A DNA stretch of 64,000 nt, taken from the IMG/VR virus record IMGVR_UViG_3300025390_000006, one strand, 5' to 3'. The DNA is from an uncultured virus (IMG/VR IMGVR_UViG_3300025390_000006). Taxonomy: Duplodnaviria; Heunggongvirae; Uroviricota; Caudoviricetes. Below the pieces are notes generated by a model. That model was not told the DNA's origin. It ran no database searches and saw only the letters and a list, made by a program, of their open reading frames with translations. Positions 54,824 to 63,665 of this stretch are shown here, in pieces (the first letter of the stretch is position 1; every line of letters begins with the position of its first letter). The translations under genes and the position numbers were made by a program.

Positions 54824-55302
54824 GCGTAAGCCTTTCTATTTGGAATTGTGTAAATACGGAAATGATACGGACACCATGATTTGCTTGGGACTACGGGATG
54901 CCCGCAGTACAGCGTATCCATGTGCTTTATTGGCCCCACAATAGCCCTACATTCAAAATACCGCAGGTTGTCCAATGTTTTATTGAGCGGGACGAAGTTT
55001 TCATCTTTGTGCGTCTCAAAGGTCTTTATCGGCGGTAAGCGAACTGGCTTAGGGTTCTTTATATTAAAGGAAGCACCCTTCCTTTTCTCCCTCTCTTTTC
55101 TGGGTAGTGCATGCGGCAACTGCTCCTTGGGGAGTGTCCTTTGCAGGAGTGGTATCCCCTTCCGATGACATATACCGATAACGGAGTTTTTATTCCGCCC
55201 CACTAATTCAAGCGCGATGTTCTTCGCGGAGTATCCTTTGGAGGCTAAGTCCGATACGAACTTAATCTCCTCCCATGTCCAAGGTTTTACTTGTTGTACC
55301 AT
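54820..55302 (-). CDS. gcrA: GcrA-like cell-cycle regulator
   Basis: WT.E..L..G.SA.IA.L..NSVIG..HR N-terminal HTH; L..L..CR..G..YCG..WCPYH C-terminus. Confidence 0.8.
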   Translation of the reverse strand: MVQQVKPWTWEEIKFVSDLASKGYSAKNIALELVGRNKNSVIGICHRKGIPLLQRTLPKEQLPHALPRKEREKRKGASFNIKNPKPVRLPPIKTFETHKDENFVPLNKTLDNLRYFECRAIVGPIKHMDTLYCGHPVVPSKSWCPYHFRIYTIPNRKAYA

Positions 55303-55326
55303 TTTCAATTTCCCCGTTATTGATGC

Positions 55327-55360
55327 TTGACAGATAAACATACAGTTGATAAGTTGTCAA
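55327..55360. promoter_or_regulatory. Overlapping opposed promoters between gcrA and the cro-like gene
   Basis: TTGACA (55327) and TGTCAA (55355); -10 TAAGTT and TTATCT at 17-nt spacing. Confidence 0.6.
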
Positions 55361-55378
55361 CATAGTTTGGAGAAACAA

Positions 55379-55654
55379 ATGGTTCATATGATTGCACAAC
55401 GGGTAATTAAGAAGCTGGGCGGCCCCCGCGTCGTTGCGGATATGTTAGCGATGTCTACACAAGCGGTATACAAATGGACGTGGCCTACGGAGAAAGGTGG
55501 GACGGGTGGTTTCATCCCAGCCCGCCGCCAGATCGAATTAATGGTTGCGTCAAAGCAACGTGGGATTATCTTAACCAAAGACGATTTTTTCCCGAAGGAT
55601 GCCGATGATGCCGCCGAAATACAAAGTGAGCCCCAAGGCCGACCGCACGTTTGA
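55379..55654 (+). CDS. Cro-like HTH regulator
   Basis: VIKKLGGPRVVADML..QAVYKW..GGTGGFIP. Confidence 0.75.
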   Translation: MVHMIAQRVIKKLGGPRVVADMLAMSTQAVYKWTWPTEKGGTGGFIPARRQIELMVASKQRGIILTKDDFFPKDADDAAEIQSEPQGRPHV

Positions 55655-56009
55655 TGGGATTACGTTTGACTCAAAGGGTGAGGCCAAGCGTTATCTTGAA
55701 CTGAAACTGGCGGAAAAGGGTGGTTTGATTCAGGATCTGCAATTGCAGTATGGATTTGATGTGTACATTAATGATCAGAAATATTGTACATACACTTGCG
55801 ATTTTTCGTACATTGATACGAAAAGTGGGAAAGTGATTTACGAAGAGGTAAAATCAACGGGGTCGGTCAAAGATGCGGCATATCGTCTCAGGAAGAAAGC
55901 CGCCGAATTGTACCACGGGGTCAAGATTACGGAATACCTTATTGGATGGAATCCGAAGTTGACCCGAAAGAAGAAACGGGTTAAAAAGATAAGCAGCCCC
56001 GACGACTAA
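55605..56009 (+). CDS. DUF1064-family nuclease
   Basis: DGITFDSKGEAKRY..L.LQ..YTCDFSY..EEVK..YRLRKK. Confidence 0.8.
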   Translation: MMPPKYKVSPKADRTFDGITFDSKGEAKRYLELKLAEKGGLIQDLQLQYGFDVYINDQKYCTYTCDFSYIDTKSGKVIYEEVKSTGSVKDAAYRLRKKAAELYHGVKITEYLIGWNPKLTRKKKRVKKISSPDD

Positions 56010-56134
56010 TCGGGACTGCTCTAATGGGTGACGGCCCTGCAAGGCCTAATCCTCAAACTTGGTCGTCGCGGAAGTTCAGGACTGTTCCCCATATAGTCCA
56101 AAAACGACCGCCTTACAATAGGTAGTAGGTCGTT

Positions 56135-57052
56135 ATGTCTTTCCAATCTATGGCTTGGGCCACATCTCAGAAATTAGAACGTGCAACTGATAAGTACTTG
56201 CTTATCATGCTTGCAAATTACGCCAATTCCGATGGCGAATGCTACCCATCTATTGAACGAATCAGTGAAGACACCGCCATGGATCGTAAGACCGTGATGA
56301 AGTGTTTTGCGAATTTGATTGAATTGGGATTGATCGTTGACACGGGAAAACGTGTTGGGGCGCGGAAAAATACTAAAGTAGTTCGCTTAAATGCTAACCA
56401 CTCAACAAGTACCGTTTTTCCCACTGACACATCCCAAAATTGGTACAGTAACCTATCAGGGAACCAAGATACAACTCCTACGGAGTTGGAAGATCCACTA
56501 CTTAGCATTTTTGACACTCCCGAAGAGCCGCCAGTAAATAACACCAAGGCATTCTGGGATCAGGCGGTGGGAATGCTAATATCGTTAGGGGTCGCAAAGG
56601 CTACCGTAAACTCATTCGTTGGCCGCTGTCTCAAAATGACGGGGCAAGATGAAGAAAGGGTAATGGATGCAATTCAGGCGGCTGTAGATGCGGAGCCGCA
56701 CGATGCCATCCCGTACATCGTCGCCATCTTAGGAGGCGGCAAAAAGAAATCTAAAACTGCGAAGGAAAAGGAAATTGAGGATGCATTCGCAAGACTTGAA
56801 GAAGCAAGCGAAAGGAGAAAAGCGAAGTGGAGGGAGCAATACGGCACAGAATACGGAATTATCCCTGACGCCGGAACAGGCGGTCAGAAAAATAATGAGG
56901 TGCTACAACCTCAACCACATCCCGAATCCATCCCTGATGATGGAGAACGCGGCGGAAGCGTTAGGAAAGTTCCCGCCAGAAGTCCTGCAACGGTTGTCAG
57001 ACCCAGCAGAGGGTATTTTAGCGAAGGCGAAATTTCCCCCGACGATTTCTGA
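56135..57052 (+). CDS. Replication initiator-like protein (N-terminal wHTH)
   Basis: KYLLIMLANYAN..CYPSIERISEDT.MDRKTV..L.ELGLI. Confidence 0.75.
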   Translation: MSFQSMAWATSQKLERATDKYLLIMLANYANSDGECYPSIERISEDTAMDRKTVMKCFANLIELGLIVDTGKRVGARKNTKVVRLNANHSTSTVFPTDTSQNWYSNLSGNQDTTPTELEDPLLSIFDTPEEPPVNNTKAFWDQAVGMLISLGVAKATVNSFVGRCLKMTGQDEERVMDAIQAAVDAEPHDAIPYIVAILGGGKKKSKTAKEKEIEDAFARLEEASERRKAKWREQYGTEYGIIPDAGTGGQKNNEVLQPQPHPESIPDDGERGGSVRKVPARSPATVVRPSRGYFSEGEISPDDF

Positions 57053-57107
57053 ATTGGTGTCGGAGGCGGAAAGCTACATGAAACGTATAAGCAAGAACTT
57101 TGTTTAA
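56781..57107 (+). CDS. Helicase loader/inhibitor-like protein overlapping rep (start uncertain: 56781 or 56895)
   Basis: AKFPPTISEL motif; located right after the initiator. Confidence 0.5.
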   Translation: MHSQDLKKQAKGEKRSGGSNTAQNTELSLTPEQAVRKIMRCYNLNHIPNPSLMMENAAEALGKFPPEVLQRLSDPAEGILAKAKFPPTISELVSEAESYMKRISKNFV

Positions 57108-57119
57108 CAGGAGAGTAAA

Positions 57120-57482
57120 ATGGATATGATGAAGCAGAAGACCGAAAGTGGAATTGTTGAAGAGGTACTATCCTCCCGCGAAAAAAATTATGGGCCATTT
57201 CGGGATGTAGCGAAAACAACGCAAAATTTTAAGAAAATTTTATACGAATCCAAAAATTGGAGGCACCTATCTGATTCTCATAAGGAGGGGTTAGAGATGA
57301 TCGTAAATAAAATTTCGCGGATGTTAAATGGTAACCATAAATATCTTGACAACATTATTGACATCATGGGATACTCCGCATTATTAAAGCTGGATATTGA
57401 GGAAAGGGAACTTGACAGGGTAAAGCAGGATATCGTTTCCCAAATGCCCGCCGCCAACGTTCCACAATTTATTAAGAGTTGA
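57120..57482 (+). CDS. DUF6378-like protein
   Basis: R..NYGPF..KISRMLNG..D..DIMGY. Confidence 0.7.
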   Translation: MDMMKQKTESGIVEEVLSSREKNYGPFRDVAKTTQNFKKILYESKNWRHLSDSHKEGLEMIVNKISRMLNGNHKYLDNIIDIMGYSALLKLDIEERELDRVKQDIVSQMPAANVPQFIKS

Positions 57483-57483
57483 A

Positions 57484-58029
57484 ATGAGAAAAAAGAGAAA
57501 ACAAAAGTGGGAAAATCCTACAGGTACAAGGACATATAACGCTTGGAAATCAATGAGAAATCGTTGCGATCCAAATTCAAAACATGTTTCAAAAGATCGG
57601 TATGTTGGTTTGGGCTATTGCCCTGAATGGGAAAGCTACGACAAGTTTTTCCAAGATATGGGACCACGCCCAGAGAGAACGTCATTAGACAGGATTGATA
57701 ACACTAAAGGATATTATCCTGAAAATTGTCGTTGGGCTTCCATGAAAGAACAAATGCGTAATAGGTCGGATAACAGATTAATCACGCACAATGGGGAAAC
57801 CCTACCATTATGTGATTGGGCTGAAAAATTAGGAATACGGGCGGACACACTTTGGAGGCGTTTAATTCGTATGCCGCCCGAAGAAGCTTTAGTTTCAGGA
57901 GATTTAAGGGATTACATAAAATGGGAACATGGGACAAGGGTATGTTATGAGCGGCATAAATGCAGATGTACTGCTTGTAAAAATTATAACGCAGAAAGAG
58001 CCAGAGAATATCGCAGGAGGCAAAAATGA
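57484..58029 (+). CDS. HNH-type homing endonuclease-like protein
   Basis: YNAWKSMRNRC, FFQDMGPRP..SLDRIDNTKGY.PENCRWA; C-terminal HGT..CRC..C. Confidence 0.8.
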   Translation: MRKKRKQKWENPTGTRTYNAWKSMRNRCDPNSKHVSKDRYVGLGYCPEWESYDKFFQDMGPRPERTSLDRIDNTKGYYPENCRWASMKEQMRNRSDNRLITHNGETLPLCDWAEKLGIRADTLWRRLIRMPPEEALVSGDLRDYIKWEHGTRVCYERHKCRCTACKNYNAERAREYRRRQK

Positions 58030-58406
58030 TTGATCTTTCAAAAGTTAACAATGAAGATTTAATTAATGACACTTTAGTCAAACTATCAGCAGATGAACGT
58101 CAGGCTGCAATTGATGCAGGAATTACAATTGAGGAGTATGCGAAGGAAAAAGCCCTTCATATTATTGGTTTGCGGAAATCCAAATTTGAATGGAAAACAA
58201 TGGATACGGCTCCCAAAGACCGCATGATATTATTGGGCGGCAGGGATGAAGAGGGCAATGGCTGGGTAGAGACTGGCTATTGGGAGCCTTACGATATGTG
58301 GCCGGAGGATTCTGGGGCGGAAGGTGCGAAGCCTGATGCAGAATGGTCATGGGGCGTTTGGTTTGCTCCTAAATGGTGGATGGAATTACCGGAGTTACCG
58401 AAATGA
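58026..58406 (+). CDS. DUF551-like protein
   Basis: WKTMDTAPKD..PKWWMELPELP. Confidence 0.7.
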   Translation: MIDLSKVNNEDLINDTLVKLSADERQAAIDAGITIEEYAKEKALHIIGLRKSKFEWKTMDTAPKDRMILLGGRDEEGNGWVETGYWEPYDMWPEDSGAEGAKPDAEWSWGVWFAPKWWMELPELPK

Positions 58407-58627
58407 CTGACACCCCACATTATGTGACGCCTGAAGAGGCTGAAAAAATGGGATGCTGCATGAGTATGAATAGGCCAGAATTTGCTGCTTCATGTATTGG
58501 CAAAACGTGCATGGCTTGGCGGTGGGTTAATTTAATTAAAGAAGTAAAAGATACAGACGATTGCGTGATACGCGAAGGACTATTTAGTACAACCCACGGC
58601 TATTGCGGGATGGTGCGTCATGACTGA
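58403..58627 (+). CDS. Small Cys-rich protein, paralog of 7181-7417
   Basis: PHYVT..CIGKTCMAWRW..GYCGMV. Confidence 0.75.
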   Translation: MTDTPHYVTPEEAEKMGCCMSMNRPEFAASCIGKTCMAWRWVNLIKEVKDTDDCVIREGLFSTTHGYCGMVRHD

Positions 58628-58832
58628 TTGGCAACCAATAGAAACCTGCCCAAAAGATGAATGGGTATTAGTTTGTGAACCCGGCTGTCATCTTATGGTT
58701 GCCAAATGGATTTACGCAGACCAATGGCAATATGCCCAAATTGATGATCCTAAATTTTATTTAAGTTGCCGCCCTACCCATTGGATGATGTTGCCCATAT
58801 GTCCTGCTGATTGGGAGGGCGGTCATGACTGA
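58620..58832 (+). CDS. DUF551-like protein
   Basis: WQPIETCPKD..PTHWMMLP. Confidence 0.75.
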   Translation: MTDWQPIETCPKDEWVLVCEPGCHLMVAKWIYADQWQYAQIDDPKFYLSCRPTHWMMLPICPADWEGGHD

Positions 58833-59112
58833 CATGGAACGAATAGCCGATTTACTTTTACCCCGTGTTCGGGGGTTGGAAATTGAAATACTGAAGCCTG
58901 TATACCCTGATGTATATACCAATTTGGATTTGATTGAAGATAATCTGGTTGTAATCGTTCAGACATCTGAAGACCCATTATTGATACAGGGTTATACGAT
59001 TTTGTTTAAATCAGAAGTGGAAGACGGCACTTGGAAAGATGTGGTTGTGCAAAGGATAAAGGATAAATTTAAACTTCTGGCGGCGTGGAAGAACGGGGAA
59101 ACGGTGCAATGA
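58825..59112 (+). CDS. Hypothetical protein
   Basis: Coupled ORF. Confidence 0.65.
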   Translation: MTDMERIADLLLPRVRGLEIEILKPVYPDVYTNLDLIEDNLVVIVQTSEDPLLIQGYTILFKSEVEDGTWKDVVVQRIKDKFKLLAAWKNGETVQ

Positions 59113-59228
59113 GAAAGTGGATAGTCCGCCATGAACGGGACGGCGACAACATATCTGCGCTGTGGGAAAACGAAGACGGCGACAGGTGGTATGTGCAGGT
59201 TGTTATTAACGGGGAGGTGCAGTGGTAA
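59109..59228 (+). CDS. 39-aa protein (MRKWIVRHERDGDNISALWENEDGDRWYVQVVINGEVQW)
   Basis: ATGA and TAATG overlaps on its two sides. Confidence 0.65.
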   Translation: MRKWIVRHERDGDNISALWENEDGDRWYVQVVINGEVQW

Positions 59229-59524
59229 TGGATATTGTTGAACGGTTGCGGCGCATAAATGCTTTTCTTCATGTCACAGAAGACGAGCCAGAATATGATT
59301 ACAAACTTTCGTATGAAGCCGCCAATGAAATTGAACGGCTGCGGGGTTCATATGAAGACTGCATCAATGCTGTTGATACTATAATCAATGACGGAATGAC
59401 TGAGCCAGCAAAATTTGCCAAAATTCAATATAGTGGGTTTACCGCGTATAACTACATGATTGCAATGGCGGAAGATATAAAAGATGAAATTAAAAAACGG
59501 GCCGCACTAAAGGAGGGTGAGTGA
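59228..59524 (+). CDS. First cassette-array protein (MDIVERLR-RINAF..EAANEIERLR-GSYEDC..AALKEGE)
   Basis: Array motifs. Confidence 0.85.
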   Translation: MDIVERLRRINAFLHVTEDEPEYDYKLSYEAANEIERLRGSYEDCINAVDTIINDGMTEPAKFAKIQYSGFTAYNYMIAMAEDIKDEIKKRAALKEGE

Positions 59525-59724
59525 TGGATATTGTAGAACAATTACGCAAAAGCGCAAATACTGTTTACTCCCAAGATGGCTATACGTTTCGCCTTGGATT
59601 GCAGAACGAAGCCGCCAATGAGATTGAACAATTGCGGGATGCTTTGCGATGGGCTTTGCCTTATGTAAAAAACGATGAAAGAGTTAAGGCTATTGTTCTC
59701 GCTGCACTGAAGGAGGGTGAGTGA
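59524..59724 (+). CDS. Cassette-array protein (MDIVEQLR-KSANTVY..EAANEIEQLR-DALRW..)
   Basis: Array motifs. Confidence 0.85.
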   Translation: MDIVEQLRKSANTVYSQDGYTFRLGLQNEAANEIEQLRDALRWALPYVKNDERVKAIVLAALKEGE

Positions 59725-59918
59725 TGGATATTGTAGAACGGTTAGAAGAGCATCTGCGTTTTAATGGCAAAGATCAGTTATCCCGTGATGCAAAAAGCGC
59801 GATTGAACGGTTGCGGGAAGCGTTACGTTATATTTTAACGCACTGCGAATCTGATAGCCCACCGAATGCCAAAGCACTTATACTTTTTGTCAACAACGCA
59901 CTGAAGGAGGGTGAGTGA
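59724..59918 (+). CDS. Cassette-array protein (MDIVERL..AIERLR..ALKEGE)
   Basis: Array motifs. Confidence 0.85.
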   Translation: MDIVERLEEHLRFNGKDQLSRDAKSAIERLREALRYILTHCESDSPPNAKALILFVNNALKEGE

Positions 59919-60238
59919 TGGATATTGTTGAACGGTTGCGGGATCGTAAAGAAACAATTATTGGGTGGGTTGTTAATTTTGATACATGTGAAGCCGCTGA
60001 TGAAATTGAACGGTTGCGGGAAGCGTTAAATATTTTCATGGCGGTAGACCCCGATAAGACCAGCAACTGGTTGTATAAGCGGGAAAAAGCAGAAGCACTT
60101 GTCAAGGAATCCTTGTCAACTGGTAAGCAATTCTTACAAGTTTGGCCGTGGAAATGCCCTATCGGAAAAACAGATTGCAATGAAAATTGTGGAAGATATG
60201 GTTGGGCAATTAGCCCGTGCCGCACTGAAGGAGGGTGA
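59918..60238 (+). CDS. Copy of 276-596
   Basis: Identical translation. Confidence 0.85.
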   Translation: MDIVERLRDRKETIIGWVVNFDTCEAADEIERLREALNIFMAVDPDKTSNWLYKREKAEALVKESLSTGKQFLQVWPWKCPIGKTDCNENCGRYGWAISPCRTEGG

Positions 60239-60329
60239 GTGATGTCAGACCATGCGATTGAATTTATATGCAATACGGTTTTCTGGATAGTTCTTGTATA
60301 TTTATGGTTTCGTTGAAGGAGGGTGAGTG

Positions 60330-60587
60330 ATGGATATTGTAGAACGGTTGCGGCAAGAAATTGCTGGGTACACAGACGGCCCAATTGAGGCGGCTGAAGC
60401 AACGATGCATGAAGCCGCCGATGAGATTGAACGGCTGCGCATTAATATGTATCAAGCAATGCATCATGCTGCTGAAATTTGGAAGGAAAATGGGAAAAAA
60501 TTAGACGACCAACTTGGCGTTGTTGCTTTGATATTAGCCAATGGATTAGGCATTATCCCTGACGCCGCACTGAAGGAGGGTGAGTGA
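60330..60587 (+). CDS. Copy of 688-945
   Basis: Identical translation. Confidence 0.85.
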   Translation: MDIVERLRQEIAGYTDGPIEAAEATMHEAADEIERLRINMYQAMHHAAEIWKENGKKLDDQLGVVALILANGLGIIPDAALKEGE

Positions 60588-60871
60588 TGGACATTGTTGA
60601 ACAATTACGCAAATGTGCAAATACTATTTACCATCAAGATGGTTACACGTTTCGCCTTGGATTGCAGAACGAAGCTGCCGATGAGATTGAACGGTTGCGG
60701 CAAGCATTACAATTAATTGCGGATCATCCCGTTGAACAATCTGGGCAATGGCAGGTTGGTGCAAAAGAAATGCAAAATATAGCTAATTCCGCGTTAAAAG
60801 ATCCTGCCGCCTTGGGCTATGGGATCGTTAAAAAAGTATTGAAAGATCATGGTCTTTGGGAGGGTGAGTGA
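60587..60871 (+). CDS. Copy of 945-1229
   Basis: Identical translation. Confidence 0.85.
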   Translation: MDIVEQLRKCANTIYHQDGYTFRLGLQNEAADEIERLRQALQLIADHPVEQSGQWQVGAKEMQNIANSALKDPAALGYGIVKKVLKDHGLWEGE

Positions 60872-61545
60872 TGTGTAACAGAAAGGGCGAACCCATGACG
60901 GGATACCAAAGCAAGAAGCTATCGGCGGAAATCCGGTGGCTGGGGCCGTACCCGCCTAATACCCGCCATGCTGATCCTGAGACGATGGATCATATCATTG
61001 ACCTGCGTAAGAAATTGGCAGAGGCGGAAAGGCAGCGGGACAACGCATTGGACAGGGTCGTGTTCATGCAAAAGAAGGTGGCGGAAATGAAGGAGGCTCT
61101 GGGCTTAAAATGACCAGTCTGACTACTTTAGCCGCGTTGTTTTACGTGGCGCATACGTTCTGTTGTTTTGTTTTGCTGTGCGTTTTAATGTGGAGGAATG
61201 GATAATGGCTTTTATGAACAAGAGAAGTAAAAGTGGAAGGAGGGGTGGTGGCAGTGGAACATCAAGGATTGAGATGCCAATGGTGCGTTTGGTTTCCGCT
61301 AAACAAGAACGGCGGATAGAAAAGATACGGGCGGCATTTCAGCCTGAAGCTAAACCGAAGGTAACATTACCTAAATTTTCATGGGACAAAAAAGATGACG
61401 AATAACGAATTAGAGGCGGCATTACAGGAAGCAATCGCGTTGATTGCAATAGCGGTTCATATGGCGAACGATCCTGAAGATCGGTTACAGTTTAAGGAAA
61501 AGTGGATCAATAAGGCTAACGAAGTAGTTCGGGGATATTTTGATT

Positions 61546-61857
61546 ATGTCAAACGTGAGGCAGATAGCGCAGAAACACGGCATCAGGATTGGATCGGAGA
61601 CTAAGGCGGCGCAAAAGACAATTTGCCCAAAGTGCAGCAGTAAACGGGTTCACGCATACGATCATTGCCTATCGGTAAGGATTGACGCTACGGGTATAGG
61701 GTGGCGGTGCTTTCATTGCGGGTGGACAGGCGGGGAAATGACGGATGCTTTCAGAACTTCATCAAAAATGGTTGGAAAAACGCGGGATCAACATCAACAC
61801 CGCGATCCATATGGGGACTTACTCAGGAAGGCGCGGGCCGGATGGGCAGGTCGTTAG
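61546..61857 (+). CDS. Copy of the primase zinc-binding domain ORF
   Basis: Identical translation. Confidence 0.75.
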   Translation: MSNVRQIAQKHGIRIGSETKAAQKTICPKCSSKRVHAYDHCLSVRIDATGIGWRCFHCGWTGGEMTDAFRTSSKMVGKTRDQHQHRDPYGDLLRKARAGWAGR

Positions 61858-63235
61858 TCATCCTGAAGGGGATGTCTTGTGTTTTCCGTTCATCAAGGAC
61901 GGGGAAATAGTCGGCCACAAATACAGGGGGCCGAAAAAGTCATTTTGGCAACAAGCAAACGGAAGGAAACAGTTTTACAATGCGGACATTCTCACAGACC
62001 CTGCGCTACACGACGGAAGCGTTTCCCTTGTTATTACTGAGGGAGAGGTTGACGCACTGGCGGTGGCAACTGCCGGATACCCATATGTTGTCTCCGTCCC
62101 AGACGGTGCGCCGCCTCCCCGTGACGCGGATGGACGGCTCATTGTCGTTCCACGGACAACAGATGATATCGTACCAGATGCCGATACAAAATTCGGATAC
62201 ATCACCGCCGACTGGGAAAGCCTTACGAAGATCCGTCGGATCATCATAGCGGTTGATAACGACGATGCGGGGCGGCGGTTAGGGGATGAACTTGTCCGCC
62301 GCCTTGATCGGGTTCGGTGTTCGTTTGTAACGTTTCCCGAAACCTGCAAAGATTTTAATGAGGTTTTGGTAAATCACGGTTCTGATACCGTGCGGGAAAT
62401 TATAGGGGCGGCAAAACCTTATCCGGTTGATGGGGTTTACAAGCTATCGGACTTTCCGCCTGAGGAGCCGATTACAACCTACACAACGGGTTGGGGTTCA
62501 TTGGATCAGTATATCCGCCCATATTTAGGGGCGTTTATGGTTGTGGGTGGGTTTCCGGGGCATGGTAAATCAACGTGGACGCTCCAGTTCGCCGCTAACA
62601 TGGCAAGGTTGCACGGTTGGGGGGTTGCGGTTGCATCCTTTGAAATGAAGGTTGTCCCGTATGTCACTGACACCCTCATGTCCACGTTTCTGCAAGGTCC
62701 GATTAAGTTTGCGGCTCCGGTTAACCGTAAACGGGCGGTTGAGTTCGTTGAGGATCGGTTTACGTTTATCGCGCCGGAAAAAGGGGATAGTGACACGGAT
62801 CATGACATTGATTGGTTGATTGACCGGATGCAGGTTGCGGTTATCCGTGGCGGTTGCAAGATGGTTTTGATTGATCCGTTTAATGAGATTGAGCAGAATA
62901 AAAAGCGGGATGAAACCACAACCGAATATATCGGGCGGGCGATTAGGAAGCTGAAGGCGTTCGCAATGCAATATAATGTGTTGGTCTGCGTTGTGGCTCA
63001 TCCGACCAAGGGTTCCGCCCATTTGGATAGTGCCGATTTGGGGTTATACAATATCGCGGACAGCTCACACTTCGCAAATAAGGCGGATATCGGGCTTATT
63101 ATCGGTCGGGTTGGTGATCCGAAGGTTGATGTCATAACGGGGATTTACATTAAAAAAATCAGGTATCAACCAGACGCTGGCACGTTGGGTGAGGCTTTTT
63201 TAACCTTTGACAAAAGTACGCGGTTGTTTTCTTGA
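61745..63235 (+). CDS. Copy of the primase-helicase
   Basis: Identical translation. Confidence 0.92.
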   Translation: MLSELHQKWLEKRGININTAIHMGTYSGRRGPDGQVVSHPEGDVLCFPFIKDGEIVGHKYRGPKKSFWQQANGRKQFYNADILTDPALHDGSVSLVITEGEVDALAVATAGYPYVVSVPDGAPPPRDADGRLIVVPRTTDDIVPDADTKFGYITADWESLTKIRRIIIAVDNDDAGRRLGDELVRRLDRVRCSFVTFPETCKDFNEVLVNHGSDTVREIIGAAKPYPVDGVYKLSDFPPEEPITTYTTGWGSLDQYIRPYLGAFMVVGGFPGHGKSTWTLQFAANMARLHGWGVAVASFEMKVVPYVTDTLMSTFLQGPIKFAAPVNRKRAVEFVEDRFTFIAPEKGDSDTDHDIDWLIDRMQVAVIRGGCKMVLIDPFNEIEQNKKRDETTTEYIGRAIRKLKAFAMQYNVLVCVVAHPTKGSAHLDSADLGLYNIADSSHFANKADIGLIIGRVGDPKVDVITGIYIKKIRYQPDAGTLGEAFLTFDKSTRLFS

Positions 63236-63665
63236 AACCGTTATTGTATGGTTAAGACAAGGCTCCCGTTCGTCTCCGGCGGTTGTAGCTTGGGGCGGTT
63301 GGCTTTCATCCCCGTTGTGCCGACCGCCCTTTTTTATGTTTAACCTATTGCAAAATAAAGAAAAACCGGATAGGTTAGTATCCGGTTCTTTGACATTGTG
63401 AAGTATGTTTCGGGGTGCGGGTTATAGGTTACCGCTCCGGTTCATAGGGTTGTAACCCGTTGGGTTAGGTTCGGGGTTCGGTTTAGGTTCAAGTTTAATT
63501 ATTATTTCGGTTACGCGATCAATGATCGGGTTGTCGTAAGTGTCAAAGGTTGACAGGCGGTCAAATAACGCATGAACCGCCGTTTCATCTGGCGCGTCAA
63601 TTTCGTAGGTTTTAGTGCCTGAAAATTCAACGGTTACGGTAAATTGTGGCATGGTTTCCCCTCCC

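Larger units (their letters stand above)
59228..60873 (+). repeat. Alternating-repeat mini-gene cassette array (copy 2, complete)
   Basis: Repeat A at 59504, 59704, 59898, ~60222, ~60314, 60567, ~60859. Repeat B at ~59316, ~59608, ~59800 (partial), ~59990, ~60411, ~60672. Confidence 0.9.

Noticed and set aside
56405..56450. Replication origin iterons in the initiator gene (GTACCGTTTTT / AAAATTGGTAC)
   Set aside because: Only one imperfect inverted pair; too weak to call.
58403..58832. Three consecutive genes starting ATGACTGA (MTD) as a second cassette system
   Set aside because: The shared sequence is only 8-10 nt and is explained by common start/stop overlaps.
59228..60873. Diversity-generating retroelement, shufflon or classical integron
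   Set aside because: No reverse transcriptase, invertase or tyrosine integrase was recognised. All repeats are direct with no attC-like palindromes, and allele differences are not adenine-specific.
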